A stretch of 64,000 nt of DNA from Octopus sinensis (lineage: Eukaryota): positions 133,734,001 to 133,798,000 of the forward strand of contig NC_042997.1 in assembly GCF_006345805.1 (NCBI RefSeq), read 5' to 3'. Shown here in pieces: positions 13,360-26,611 of the stretch. Position 1 is the first letter of the stretch. Each line of letters starts with the position of its first letter. Under the pieces are notes generated by a model that searched no databases, was not told where the DNA came from, and was given only the letters and a program-made list of their open reading frames with translations. The translations under genes and the position numbers were made by a program.

Positions 13360-14013
13360 ACATAAAAAGAAATTCTTATTCCATTCAATCTGGTAGATTG
13401 TCAGAATTATGAGTTACTGGATCAGTATTCAAAAATACCTTGTGGTAATTAGTTAGACCGTTATTGCAAGGAAGGGTGGGCAGTTGGATAAAATAGGTAC
13501 CAGTAAAGAACTGGAGTCAATTTAATTAATTGACTGTCACTGTGGAAATGAGCTTATATTGGGAATCCCTAATTAATTATTCTATTCATTATTCATGTTG
13601 TGATTTATCATCATTATCATCATATAATATTTATCTTCCATGCTGGCATACTTTAGATGGTTTGATAGAGTCTGATGTTGAGGGACTGTATCTTGCACCA
13701 ACATCTCTTTGGTTTCTATGACTCAGTTGTATGGCATAATTTCTATGGTTCCAGTGTTATAGTTTCTAGGACTAATGTTATCCACTTTACAGTATACTGT
13801 TTTTTGGGATTATTTTTTACAGTACAAACACCACTGATAATCACCTCAATCCTTATAAGGCTAAGGGCATTTTAAGTGGCCCCTATAGACATAATAAAGC
13901 CAGTTAGCATTTGGATTGAAATATGAAAGGATTACATCTTAGCATTTCACAATAATATTATCTCGTGTAAATTAAACTTTTTCTTTCTTTCATATTTTTT
14001 TTTGTTTTTCTAG

Positions 14014-14050
14014 AAATAAGACTCAGTGTCACAGAATTCTTTCTGCTGAG
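14014..14050 (+). other. Candidate 37-nt exon (phase 1 reading IRLSVTEFFLLR)
   Basis: Long pyrimidine tract ending TTTCTAG; weak donor GAG|GTTTAC. Confidence 0.2.
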
Positions 14051-15174
14051 GTTTACATCATTTTCCCCTTCTTCTTTTACATTAATTTCTTTTTTTGTTT
14101 ACCTTTTGTGCTTAGATTATTGCGGTAGACATCCAGTCTTTTTGGTACTTCTAGGACTACCAGTGTGTGTGTGTGTTTGTGCTTCTCTTTTGAAAGATAA
14201 AGTATGGTTTGAGGGAATTTAGTTTGTTATTTTATGTAGGTTGTGTGATTGCATAAAGTTCCTTTGTTGGTTTGTCCTTGTTTTAAATAGGATGATTGAT
14301 GAAAACCAGCGTCTGAATTGTATTTAATTTTATTGAACCCAGAGGAATGAAAAGTAAAGTTAGTTGATCTCAGCAAGATTTGAATTCAGAACATAAACAT
14401 AATGATAATTGGTTTCTGATTTAGGCTCAAGGCCTAATACCATCAACCTAATACTTGACTGGTTCTTTATTGAACCCCAGGAGGTAAAGTTGGCCTTGAC
14501 AGTGTTTGAATTCAGAACATTAAGAGCTGAAAGAAATGCTGCTAGGCATTTCTGATGCTCTAATGATTCTGTCAGCTAGATACATTATTGGTGCATTCTT
14601 CTGTTTTTTGCCAATAATAACATTATTCATGTAATAATAATAGTAGTACTGACAACAACATCAACAGCAACAATAAGAACAACAACAACAACAACTATAA
14701 TAATAATTTACATTGGCACAAGGCCAAATTTTGAGCAGGGAGTGTAGTTTACTTAATTAATATGACTACTTGACAGGTAGTTATTTTATTTTGTCCATCC
14801 CAAAGAGATAAGTCGATTCCAGGAGGAGTTGAACTCAAAGTATAAAGGGGTGCAATTAGATACTTCAAAGTCACTTTGATTCTTCCACATTTTGCTCCAA
14901 CTAACAGATTTTGACCCATTGGCACCAGGCCACAGATTTCGGCGGAAAGTGTAACCAATCTAATCAACCTTAGCTAGAATACATAAAATGTTATTGAGCT
15001 CTGGAGGGATAAAAGGCAACGTCGGTCTCAGTGGGATTTCAATTCAAAATGTAGACAGATGCTGGTGAACCTGCACATTATTTTGTTGGTTGCTCTACTG
15101 ATTCTGTCGTTCACTGCTCTCAATAATAATGATTTCTAAAATAATTATAAGAGCAATGACTCAAATATCGATAT

Positions 15175-15649
15175 AGTTCAGTCCCACTGCGTGGCACCTT
15201 GGGCAAGTGTCTTCTGCTATAGCCTCGGGCCGACCAAAGCCTTGTGAGTGGATTTGGTCAACGGAAACTGAAAGAAGCCAATCGTATGTATATATATATA
15301 TATATATATATATGTTTGTGTGTCTGTGTTTGTCCGCCCCACATTGCTTGACAACCGATGGTCGTGTGTTTATGTCCCTGTAACTTAGCGGTTCGGCAAA
15401 AGAGACCGATGGAATAAGTACTAGGCTTACAGTGTGTTTGGTCCATTGCCCTAATGATTCTGCCATCCTCAGTGAAGTTTGAACTCAGAATATAAAAACC
15501 CAGAAGAATGTCCCTGTAACTTAGTGGTTCGGCAAAAGAGACTGATAGAATAAGTACTAGGCTTACAGTGTGTTTGATCCATTGCCCTAATGATTCTGCC
15601 ATCCTCAGTGAAGTTTGAACTCAGAATATAAAAACCCAGAAGAAATGTC
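15175..15649 (+). mobile_element. Partial SINE-A with 136-bp tandem duplication
   Basis: Units start at 15372 and 15508. Confidence 0.85.
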
Positions 15650-15888
15650 TTTTGTCTGGTGTGCTGATAGTTCTGTATTTTTAATGCTACAAGCATGTGA
15701 GAGAAAGGCTTTTGCTAATTTAGTTGAATCCAGTATTTTATTGCATCAGTCTCATGGGAGAAGAGAACAAAACCAATTCTGGTGTGATTCAGACAGAGCA
15801 AAGAAAAAAAAAAAAAAAGATGGACATGATTAAATACTGCAGGGTATTTTAGCCAAGCACATTGTTGGAACCCCTTTTTGATTCTCTT

Positions 15889-16544
15889 TTAACCCTTTCG
15901 TTACTGTATTTATTTTGAGATGCTCTCTCTCTCTCTTTACTCTTTTACTTGTTTCAGTCATTTGATGGTGGCCATGCTGGAGCACCACTTTTATAGTTGA
16001 GCAAATCAACCCCAGAGCTTATTCTTTGTTAGCCTAGTACTTGTTCTATCGGCCTCTTTTGTCAAACTGCTAAGTTACAGAGACGTAAACACACCAGCAT
16101 CGGTTGTCAAGCGATGCTGGGGGGGGGGGGGAACAAACACACAAACACACACACACACACACACACACACATGCATGCATATATATATATAACGGCTTCT
16201 TCCTGTTTCTATCTACCAAATCCACTCACAAGGCTTTGGCCTGCCCGAGGCTATAGTAGAAGACACTTGCCCAAGGTGCCACACAGTGGGACTGAACCCA
16301 GGACCATGTAATTGGTAAGCACGCTACTTACCATGCAGCCACTCCTGTGCCTGTGCACTGTGTTTCTTTCAGTTAATTTTAAATACAACAAAGAATTTAG
16401 TAAAATAACTTAGTTATCATTAAGCTAGTGTTAGGAACATAAATTGTGACTAAGGTTTGGTGGAAGATTTTTATTCAAAACTTATGATAGCAAAACATTT
16501 GTATGCCAGAACCAGTTTCGGCCGGGTTGGTATCAAAAGGGTTA
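15889..16544. mobile_element. piggyBac-like MITE with nested SINE-A (15925-16352, minus)
   Basis: MITE termini flank a full SINE-A. Confidence 0.88.
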
Positions 16545-16903
16545 TTTAATGGCACCATCAAAATGTATCCAATACACTTCATAAAGTGGTTGGTCAAGGA
16601 GGCATAGAGTTGAGAGGACTCCTGAGTCTTAAATTTCAAATGTTAAGGTTGTGATGAACTCTGTTGCGCTGGTACCAAAATGAAAATGCACCGAGTACAC
16701 TCTGTAAAGTGGTTGGTGAATAAGCAAAAATGCCTGTTAGTCTTGTTTTGTCAAGGATGTGGCACTGGTGCCATGATAAAATGCACCCAGCACTGTTGTG
16801 TGTGTGTGTGTCAATAGTCTTCTTATAGTTTTGGTCTACCAAATTCAATGACACTGCTTTGGTCAGTCTGGGGCTTATAATAAAAGACACTTTTATTATT
16901 ATA

Positions 16904-17133
16904 GTGGTGAGCTGGCAGAATCGTTAGCACGCCGGGCGAAATGCGTGGCCGTATTTCGTCTGCCGTTACGTTCTGGGTTCAAATTCCGCCGAGGTCGACT
17001 TTGCCTCTCATCCTTTCGGGGTCAATAAATTAAGTACCAGTTATGCACTGGGGTCGATGTAATCGACTTAATCCGTTTGTCTGTCCTTGTTTGCCCCCTC
17101 TGTGTTTAGCCCCTTGTGGGTAGTAAAGAAATA
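16904..17133 (+). mobile_element. SINE family B nested in old SINE-A
   Basis: Flanking direct repeat TATAATAAAAGACACTT. Confidence 0.9.
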
Positions 17134-18152
17134 TATAATAAAAGACACTTGTCCAAGATGCCTTGCAGTGGCATTGAACCCAAAACCATTTGGTTGGGAA
17201 GTGAACAGCCAATTACACATTAGCTATTACTGGAGAGGAGTGGTGAAATTTATTTTGCATCTCTGGTTACAAATACAAAATTGGTTGTGCTGTTTGACTG
17301 ACTGAGCTGATCTCTAATCAAAGGCATTCCAGTTATGACCATTGCAAATTACTTTTTTTTTTTATATTAGAACAATATTTTCCAATATGTCCTTCCATCT
17401 CATTACCAAGTTGATTTAGCTGTTATCTTAAGCAAGATGAATGACACTATAGAAGTTCATCTATTGGCCCCATCATCATCAGAAGTAGTGTATGTCCCTT
17501 CTAAATCTCACAGGCCCATTGCAGTGATTTCTCTTTAATTAGTATGGAGGAAGTTTTAGTAATCAAGTTCAACGAAAATCACGACCCTGCACCCACACTC
17601 TCATTTTTTAATTTTCCGCTTTCTTTTTTTTTTTTAATTATCCACCCTCCTCCTGCGTTGAAGATAAATAGGTCAAATATTTTAATTACTTCTCTTTGGG
17701 ATTTGGATGTAGGTCAACAACATTGAATTGATGCGTTGATAATCTGCTGCATGTGATGACTATCATAAAGGAATTGGAGTTCTTTACTGATCTTTATCCT
17801 TGACAGTTTAATAGGTTTTTGTTTTTCTTCCCACTTTTTTTTTATAGACCCATTTACACAAACACAATACATACACACCAAAAAATATAATAAATATATT
17901 TATGCATTCATGCATACATATATTCACACATATTTATGTGTGTATGTGTGAATCTCTGACAGTACAAGGTCATGGAAGCCAGTAAAGCACAATGAATTAA
18001 AATATAAACAAGTTTTTTTTTGTTTTCTCTTTCCCTTAGTCTCTCCTTGATATTTGGAAAATCAGCCAATGAATTTGCCGCTTAGAGTTTTATCATTTAC
18101 TTGTTTCAGTCATTGGACTGCAGCCATGTTGGAGCCTTCCTTTGACAGGTTT

Positions 18153-18497
18153 CATCATCATCATCATCATTTAGCGTCCGTTTTCCATGCTAGCATGGGT
18201 TGGACGGTTTTACCGGGGTCTGGTAAGCCATGGAGACTGCACCAGGCTCCAGTCTAATTTGGCAGTGTTTCTACAGCTGGATGCCCTTTCTAACGCCAAC
18301 ACTCCGTGAGTGTAGTGGGTGCTTTTTACGTGCCACCAGTACAGGGGCCAGAGGAGGGTGGCAAACGGCCACGATCGGTTGGTGCTTTTATGTGTCACCG
18401 ACACGGACACCAGTCAGGCGGCGCTGGCATCTGCCACATTCGGACAGTGCTTTTTACGTGTCACCAGCACGGATGTCTTAAACTACAATTTCCATTT
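18153..18497 (-). mobile_element. SINE family D (RTE-like tail ending (GAT)n)
   Basis: GTTGGCGTTAGAAAGGGCATCCAGC...GCATGGAAAACGGACGCTAAATGATGATG tail. Confidence 0.88.
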
Positions 18498-19175
18498 AAT
18501 TGTACGAATTCACCCCTCTACTTATTTATGTCTGGTCCTTTTTCTATCAATATCTTTTGACAAACCACTAAGTTATGGGGGTGGGGGCGGTGTAAACAAA
18601 CCAACAACACAGATACAAATTTTGTTTATTCCGCTAAACAAACCTATTATTTTATAAAATATAATTATTCTGAAAATCTTTATTGAAAAAAAACCCAAAA
18701 AACAAACAAAACTAAATAAGGGTGGAGTTTTTGGATAAAAATTTTCATCATAAACTAAAAAAAAAAAAGATTTCTTGCTATTGCGAAAAAATATTTCTTT
18801 GGATTTCTCTGCTTTAAGCAGAAATGTAATTACTTTAACCAAATAATTACATGTTTTAGATGAAGAAATGTAAAGAAGTGTTTCGAAAATTTGAAATTAA
18901 TTGAAAAGACCAGCTTTAAATAACATTAATTCAACAAAAACATTTTTTTCATTGTGGTTCAGTAAAATTATTTTTTTCTTCCTCATGTTATGCTTTTTCA
19001 CCAAGCTGCAAGTTCCTCACAACTACTCTATTTGGTAAATAGTTTGACCTGCTAGAAATGATAACGAAATCACCATCAAATCACACCTCAACTTCTTAAA
19101 GAAAAAAAAAAAATGAAAATACATGTTAACGATGTAGTTTTAAAAATACCCAGGTAGTTGAGTGGTTAAAAAGAG

Positions 19176-19450
19176 AGTCCAGTCCCACTGTGTGGCACCT
19201 TGGGCAAGTGTCTTTGCGTAGAAGCCTTTTGTCTATATATGTGCATTTGTGTTTGTCCCCTGTCACTGCTTTATAACTAGCATTGGTTTGTTTACATCCC
19301 TATGACATAGCAGTTCAGCAGAAGAGACCAATAAAATAAGTACCAGACTTTAAAAATAAGTGCTAAGATCAATTTGTTTGACTAAAGCCTTCAAAGCTGT
19401 ACCCCTGCATGGCTGCAGTCCAATGGCTGAAACTAGTAAAGGATAAAAGG
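19176..19450 (+). mobile_element. SINE family A, degraded
   Basis: Similar to other copies. Confidence 0.75.
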
Positions 19451-19631
19451 TGAAAAATATTTAGGGTCCACCAAGGGTGCCTCTACATGGTGATTTAGTT
19501 TGCTAGAAACAACAACCAAATCTCTTTTAGATCATATTTTGCTGGTTTGGAAAATGAAAGTACACATTAAATGATGTGGTTGTAGGTATTGAAAAGAAAT
19601 GCAGGGTGGTCATGGCTGGAATGCCATTAAT

Positions 19632-19860
19632 CAGCTGGCAGAAACATTAGCACACCGGACAAAATGCTTGGCAGTATTTCGTCTGTCTTTACGTTCTGAG
19701 TTCAAATTCTGCCGAGGTCAACTTTACCTTTCATCCTTTTGGGGTTGTTAAATTAAGTATACCAGTTATGCACTGGGGTCGATGTAATCGACTTAATCCG
19801 TTTGTCTGTCCTTGTTTGTCCCCTCGATGTTTCACCCCTTGTGGGCAATAAAGAAATAAG
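19632..19860 (+). mobile_element. SINE family B
   Basis: Head, central domain and tail present. Confidence 0.9.
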
Positions 19861-21166
19861 AGGTCTGTTTGATGAAGGTTGACTTGGAGCTTTAACAACA
19901 GTAACAACTCAGCTGTTGGAAATAAGTGCCTAGCCATCTTTTAGTCACATGGGAATGTCACATGTAACAGCCTGTGTCCTTTCCAGGGAATGAATTATTT
20001 CTCATCCATTTGATGCCATAAGGCTGGATGGAGCTAAGCCAAGATAAGGACTGAGATCTAAGGTTTCAAATTAGATGTATGTTGATTTGAAATAAGCTGA
20101 ATGACTACCAACCTAAGTTCATGAGGACTTGAATTCATATTCATTGCATATGTTGTTTAGAGCTACAGCAACTCTGAGCAGACCTGTGATCAAAGGCAAT
20201 CCAGCTGTGACCATTCCACTTTTTAGTGCTGTGTTCAAAGACAGTAGCAAGAGTGTGCGCTGCTTGGGGTAGCCTTTGAGTTGTCTTCCCCCACTAGGAC
20301 CTGTGTGTATGTGTGAATCTCTGACAGTACAAGGTCATGGAAGCCAGTAAAGCATATTCAAGATTGTTGTCCCTATAAAAAGCAACAATCCCTTAACCCC
20401 TGCCTAGTAAAATGTGATTTGATGGAGATTTGGCTGCTATTTCGGGTAGGTCATGCAAGGTCTCATATTAGGTCAAGGTCATTAGAAAGAAATTGGTTTG
20501 CATTTTTAGTTCTGATTCCAGCCTGTCAGTTGTGGTCATGCTGGAGCACCATGTTTTAGACTTCCTTTGGTGCTTAGTAAATAAGAGAATTCGCTCCCAG
20601 ACTATTGGTGGAGTTGGTACACAAAAACCTTTGTCTCCAGCACTTCTGTTTGTAATTAAACTTATCATTTATTTCTTATATCAGTTATGAACATGTACAG
20701 CATACATACTGATGTGAATCAGATTACTTTTAGTACCCAAAGCTGTTAGAGTTTAGGTTTAAAGGTTACAGCTCTGTTGTTGAAGCTTTTTTTGCTTTTA
20801 GCTGTTATAAGAGAAATCTTAGGAAAAGAAAAAAAAAAGCTATATTTATTAAAAGGTTATAAAATAATAGGATATAAAAGAAATGAACTATAAAAATACT
20901 GTTGAAGAACATATTTGTGCACCAGTTTCAAAAATCTATAAAATACTTCAAAGTTAAAATTTCAAGTCTGAACTCTTAAAGTAACTTAACCATTTTATAA
21001 GAAATAAACTCATTTAGATGCATGAACCCTTCTTTTGCTTGATTAGAGCATTGCTTGGATGTAAATTTTAAGTAAATGTAACATGAAAGATTATATTTTA
21101 TATTGTAAAAAGATTGGAAAGTTAATCTCTACAACATTTTTAATATTTCTTAAATATTCTAAAATA

Positions 21167-21494
21167 GGCGTAGAAGTGGCTGTGTGGTAAGTAGCTTGCT
21201 TACGAACCACATGGTTCCGGGTTCAGTCCCACTGCGTGGCACCTTGGACAAGAGTCTTCTACTATAGCCTTGGGTCGACCAAAGCTTTGTGAATGGATTT
21301 GGTAGACGGAAACTGAAAGAAGCCCGTCGTCATCTGCCTTTAGTTGAAGAAATCGACACTAGGACTTATTCTTTGTAAGCCTAGTACTTATTCTATCGGT
21401 CTTTTACCGAACCGCTAAGTTACGGGGATGTAAACACACCAGCATCGGTTGTCAAGTGATGTTTGGGGACAAGCACAGACACAAAAACATATAT

Positions 21495-21527
<33 letters not shown>

Positions 21528-21692
21528 CCACGGGCTTCTTTCAGTTTCCATCTACTAAATCCACTCAAGGCTTTGGTCAGCCCGAGGCTATAGTAGAAAA
21601 CACTTGCCCAAGGTGCAACGCAGTGGGACTGAACCCAGAACCATGTGTTTGGTAAGCAAGCTACTTACCACACAGCCACTCCTGTGACTATA
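21167..21692. mobile_element. Inverted SINE-A pair (+ head 21167-21330; minus copy 21334-21692)
   Basis: The two heads are reverse complements. Confidence 0.9.
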
Positions 21693-22145
21693 GGAAAATA
21701 TATATTTGACAATACCATAAAAAATTTTTATTTCTGTCTGCTTAAATTCTTATTTCTAATAACTAACAAAGGTTTCTTATACTATTTGGTTTCACTCTTT
21801 AGCATTTAAACTGGCCATATCAGGAGCCAAATATTCTTCGTGGTTTATGATTGAACTGGCCAGATTTGGCCTATCACACCTCAACAATATCATTCTAAAA
21901 TAAACAGACCTCATTCAAATCTCAAAACTGAGGTCATGCATGATTAATTTTAAAAAATGTGAATAAGCAAGCATTACATTTGACACAATGATCCGAATGT
22001 TAAAGAGTTCAGGCTTAACACCTCCAGTGACATAGATAGGCATGGCTACACGGACAGTTGCCCTGGGTGAAAATTCTTAGGAGCACAAAATTTCAAAAGG
22101 CAAAGAAAAAAATAGTAATAATAATGACCTACTGTCACTCGAGCC

Positions 22146-22396
22146 CCGTGCTAGTAGGGTATTAAGAGCACCATCTGAGCGTGATCGTTGCCAGAGCGGC
22201 TATCTGGCCTCCGTGCCGGTGGCACGTAAAAGCACCCACTACACTCTTGTAGTTGTTGGCATTAGGAAGGGCATCCAGCTGTAGAAACTCTGCCAGATCA
22301 AGATTGAAGTTTGGTGCAGCCATCTGGTTCGCCAGCCCTCGGTCATTCATCCAACCCATGCTAGCATGGAAAGCGGACGTTAAACGATGATGATGA
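22146..22396 (+). mobile_element. SINE family D
   Basis: GTGCCGGTGGCACGTAAAAGCACC module plus RTE-like tail. Confidence 0.88.
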
Positions 22397-22939
22397 ATGA
22401 TGATAATAGCGTACCTTCCTGACAAACCCACAGTACTTACCTGGGTACCAGCAACCCATGTTATATCTTTGAACCCTACCTTGGGGACCTTCAACAGTGT
22501 TCTCTCCATACCCTATTTGCTCCCCCACCTCGTTTCAGACTCTGCATCCACTATATTAGTCTTTACCAGCCTTGACTGGTTGGCTGGCTGGCTGGCTGGT
22601 CGGTTGGTTGGAGGTTTTGCTGAGATCATGGGCATTGTCCTCTCCCCTCTGTTACACTAAATAAAAATACATTCCTATTCGAAGTGGGTCATTGCGGGAG
22701 GAGTGGGGTAAAAAATTTCTTCATTCTTTTGAATGGAATGTTCTATTTTTTTCATATCTTTATAAAACTTCCTTTCATCTTTCAACCCTTTAAATAATTA
22801 TATTCATTCATAAATATTATACACATGCATACACGCTTCCATTACAGAGAATAAAAACACTTCTCTAATTGTTTCGTTTCATATGATATCATCGTTATTG
22901 CTTTTTTTTTTTCCTTTTGCCTTTTGATCTTACAATGTA

Positions 22940-23122
22940 TTCACTTGTGTGTGTATATGTGTGTATTTATATATATTTATGTATATAGGTGTGTGTGTGT
23001 GTGTATCTACACACACACACACATATATATATTTATGTGTATGTATGTATATACATTTATATATATATTTATTTATATGTATATGTATGCATGCACATAT
23101 ATATATAAATGTATGTATATAC

Positions 23123-23153
<31 letters not shown>

Positions 23154-23182
23154 CTTATATGTATGTGTGTGTGTGTGCATGA

Positions 23183-23215
<33 letters not shown>

Positions 23216-23487
23216 TATGCACATATTTAAAGTGTATGTGTCCTCATTTTTAGAAAATAAAGCTCTGTTATAAATTCTTATACTTCTGTTGCTGTGTAAT
23301 CATTATTATTATCATCATCATCACCATGACATCGTCATCATCATAATTCCTCTGTGATTGGCTGTAGTTTATGATGTGGTGGTGCCTCTCCATGCATTTT
23401 TGATTATGTCTCATGTCTTTTAGTAAGACTGATAAGTGCTGGGTAACAATTTTCACAAAATATTTTACATGTATTCTCATGTAAATG

Positions 23488-23529
<42 letters not shown>

Positions 23530-23560
23530 TGTGTGTGTGTGTGTATGTACACAATACACA
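22940..23560. repeat. (TA)/(TG)/(CA) low-complexity block
   Basis: Visible repeat. Confidence 0.9.
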
Positions 23561-24128
23561 TGTACAAAACATTTTGTTAAATTTATATTGTATGCACCAC
23601 ATCTAGTACTTCAACTACAGGTTTCTCTTGGGACGGAACTGAAAGAATTGTTTGGTATTAATATCTGAGCTGATGTTTCTCTTGTTCATTTCTCCCACAA
23701 CAAATTCCCAGAGTCACAGAATCTCTTGAAATAGTGTTTCTTGAAAAGGATAAGAAAATTCACTCGGATCCTTGTTCTGTAGTCTTTCTTTTTCTTTTCT
23801 GTTCTAGCAGCATGACCCATAATGAGTTGGTAGGGAGCTGATATAGGAATACAACAGGCTTAAAGTCTTACATTGAAATACAATGTAGAGTACATGTTGG
23901 TATGCGTCAACTCCACTTGTATATATGTGTGAACGTATCTTAATTCTGCGAGTTTTAAATTTTAATCGGTTTTCCAGCTCAGGGCCTTATGATTCACATC
24001 TGCTTGTGTGCATATCTTTTGATTAGCGCAACTGATCCTGTGATAAAGCAAATCGAATACAAATACCAAATTATCAAAACAATGGCACCAAAGATCCAAT
24101 TGATGTTTACAATTAATATTATTAGTTG

Positions 24129-24521
24129 CTAGCAGTATCGCCCGGTGTTGCTTGGGTTTGTTTCGACCCTTTAGAATTGGAATTTTTCAAAAGTAAAAAT
24201 TTTGCATTATGTAGCTTGTTATTCTCTTTAAGTGAACATTTTTCTGGTTGAAATACACACCGAAAAATGGCGACACAGCAGTTAAAAGATTGTAAAAAAT
24301 AGGGATTTTCATAGAAAAAAAAGCACCTTTTTGATGTAAATAATTTTTGGTCTTAACATGGTCCGATTTGAACTTATCTTCTGCAGAATGAAGAGCAAGC
24401 CTTCTTCTATCATACTCTCAATTTTGGTCAACTTGCACCGCAGGGTCTCGAAGAGATAGTGTTAGTTGAAGGCTACCAAACCTGCCATACACAGACAACT
24501 TCAGCTTTATATATAGAGAGA
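24129..24521 (-). mobile_element. Non-autonomous Helitron, second family
   Basis: Minus strand starts TCTCTCTATATATAAAGCTG, ends CCCAAGCAACACCGGG..CTGCTAG. Confidence 0.85.
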
Positions 24522-24525
24522 TTAG

Positions 24526-24745
24526 GAAGGTGGCGAGGTGGCAGAATCGTTAGCATACTGGGCAAAATGCTTAGTACCATCTTGTCCATCTTTATGTTCT
24601 GAGTTCAAATTCCACCGAGGTCGAGTTTACCTTTCATCCTTTTGGGGCTGATAAATTAAGTACCAGTGAAACACTGGGGGATCGATGTAATCAACTAGTC
24701 CCCTCCCTCCAAATTTTAGGCCTTGTGTCTTTAGTACAAAGAATT
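24526..24745 (+). mobile_element. SINE family B, alternative tail
   Basis: Head plus CCCCTCCCTCCAAATTTTAGGCCTTGTG tail. Confidence 0.85.
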
Positions 24746-26223
24746 ATTAGTTATTAGGGTTATACTTAAAGAAGAGGGGGAAAAATATTATTGAGTAATA
24801 GTATAATGTTTAGGGCATAGACCTTCCTTGGATGCGAGATGAAAGTCGAGAACAGACTGGGAAGAGAGAAAAGAAGATAAAAAGAGTTGAGATATTGTAA
24901 ACCTGGCTCAGAGACCTTGATTTCAAATCTACTTTAAAGTGTATTCAATAAGACTTTTCTTGTTTGTTATTGGAAGAATAATGTATCTGTGGCATCTTAA
25001 ATTAAAGTTTCCACTCACTGTTGACTTGTTTCACTAATAAGACTCTGATGATACAGAGGCGCACTTCAAGGTTTTAAGTGTTTTATTTTTCAAATCTTAT
25101 ACCTATTCTATTTGCTTCTATTACCAAACTACTAAGTTACGGAAGTGTATACAAAGAATCAGCACTTCTCAAGTGGTTGAGAGGAGGAACACAAACACAG
25201 ATAAGCATGCATACACTTACACACACACACACACACACACACACACTCATCAGCTTCTGTGTTTCCATTTACCAAATTCACTGACTTGGAACTATAGTAG
25301 AAAAGACTTGGCCAAGATGCTTCTTGGTAGGAGCTGCATCTGAAATGACATGGCTGCAAAGTGAGCAACTTAACTGCACAGCCATGCCTGTGTCATGCAA
25401 TAACTCCTGGAGAAATCATCATCATCATCATCAAACAAAATACTTCATTTCACGTTGCTCCACTCCACTCAGCTGTAAATGGATGACCCTGTGTTGGAAT
25501 AGACTTTAGATCAGGTGGAATGTTGGCCTGCTTGCCTAGCCAGTGGGATGGCATCATTCAAAAGCAAAAACAATGCAAAGCACATTGTGACCAGCAATGT
25601 ATAACCATATCTGGTAGTTTGGGTGATGCTGTGATATGATAACCAATTTATTGCACATAAATTTTAACAACTAAATCTTATATGGACCCCTAAAGGCCAT
25701 ATATATATATAGATCTCCAAGGGCCATATATCTAGACCTCCAAGGGCCATATATATGAACCCTGGTTGAGAAACACTGCACTAAATGAAAAAAAAAAATT
25801 CTGTTAAAAGGTCTCATCTTTTTATTTTTATTATGAAGTAGTTTGTTGTAGCTGTTCTATATTTGTCAATAGTAACTCTGTTAAGAGCTATTTCCTTTAG
25901 CTCTTTATTTAATATCCTGTTATACTTGTATTTCATATTGTGGTTTTCATTTTGGACATTTTCTCATGCTAATATATGCTTTCTTATGTTTGCTAGCTTT
26001 CATATTTAAATATTTTTCTTATTCTTAGGCAGGATTGTTCTTATCATATTTGATGACACTTAAGACACACTTTTTTCCTCCCCAAATGTCTAAAAATCAA
26101 GCTAGATCCTATTTGTGACTGTACTACTAGATAGCTTTAGCCATTCAGATTAATTACTCTATCAAATGTTTTAAATAAATTATGCATTATCTTACCACTT
26201 CAAGATTTTGATCACATAATTGT

Positions 26224-26609
26224 TATTGAGTTGTCTGGAAAGTTCGTGCCGATTTTTAAAGGAAAGAAAAAGGTCAATAAATACTTGCCATTACAGTTTT
26301 AATCAACCAAATATGAACCATTTTGTTGCACTATGCGTCTCCATCTTTCCTTTAACTTGAAAAACCCTCTTCCCAGAATTGACGTGGTTTTATGGCAAAG
26401 AATTCATCAAGGTATCTTTTTACATCATCCAAGGAATTGAAATTTTTACCTTTAAGACTATTCTGCAGAGACCTGAATAAGTGGAAATCCGAAGGAGCAA
26501 TATCTGGTGAATATGGAGGGTGGAGTAACACATCCTAGCCGAGCTGCAGCAATTTTTGTCTGGTTCCCAAAGCATCAAGTGCCGAAAATGAACTTTATCT
26601 TCCATTTTA
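26224..26609 (-). mobile_element. Internally deleted mariner transposon
   Basis: Minus strand encodes MEDKVHFRHLMLW fused to ..HPPYSPDIAPSDFHLFRSLQN..; TA plus TIR-like end at 26224. Confidence 0.93.
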
Positions 26610-26611
26610 CT

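Noticed and set aside
22170-22236. Pistol or twister ribozyme in the SINE-D module
   Set aside because: Superficial P1-AAA-GCGU resemblance only; spacing, the GU site and the twister UCCCAAGC/GAGGG core are missing
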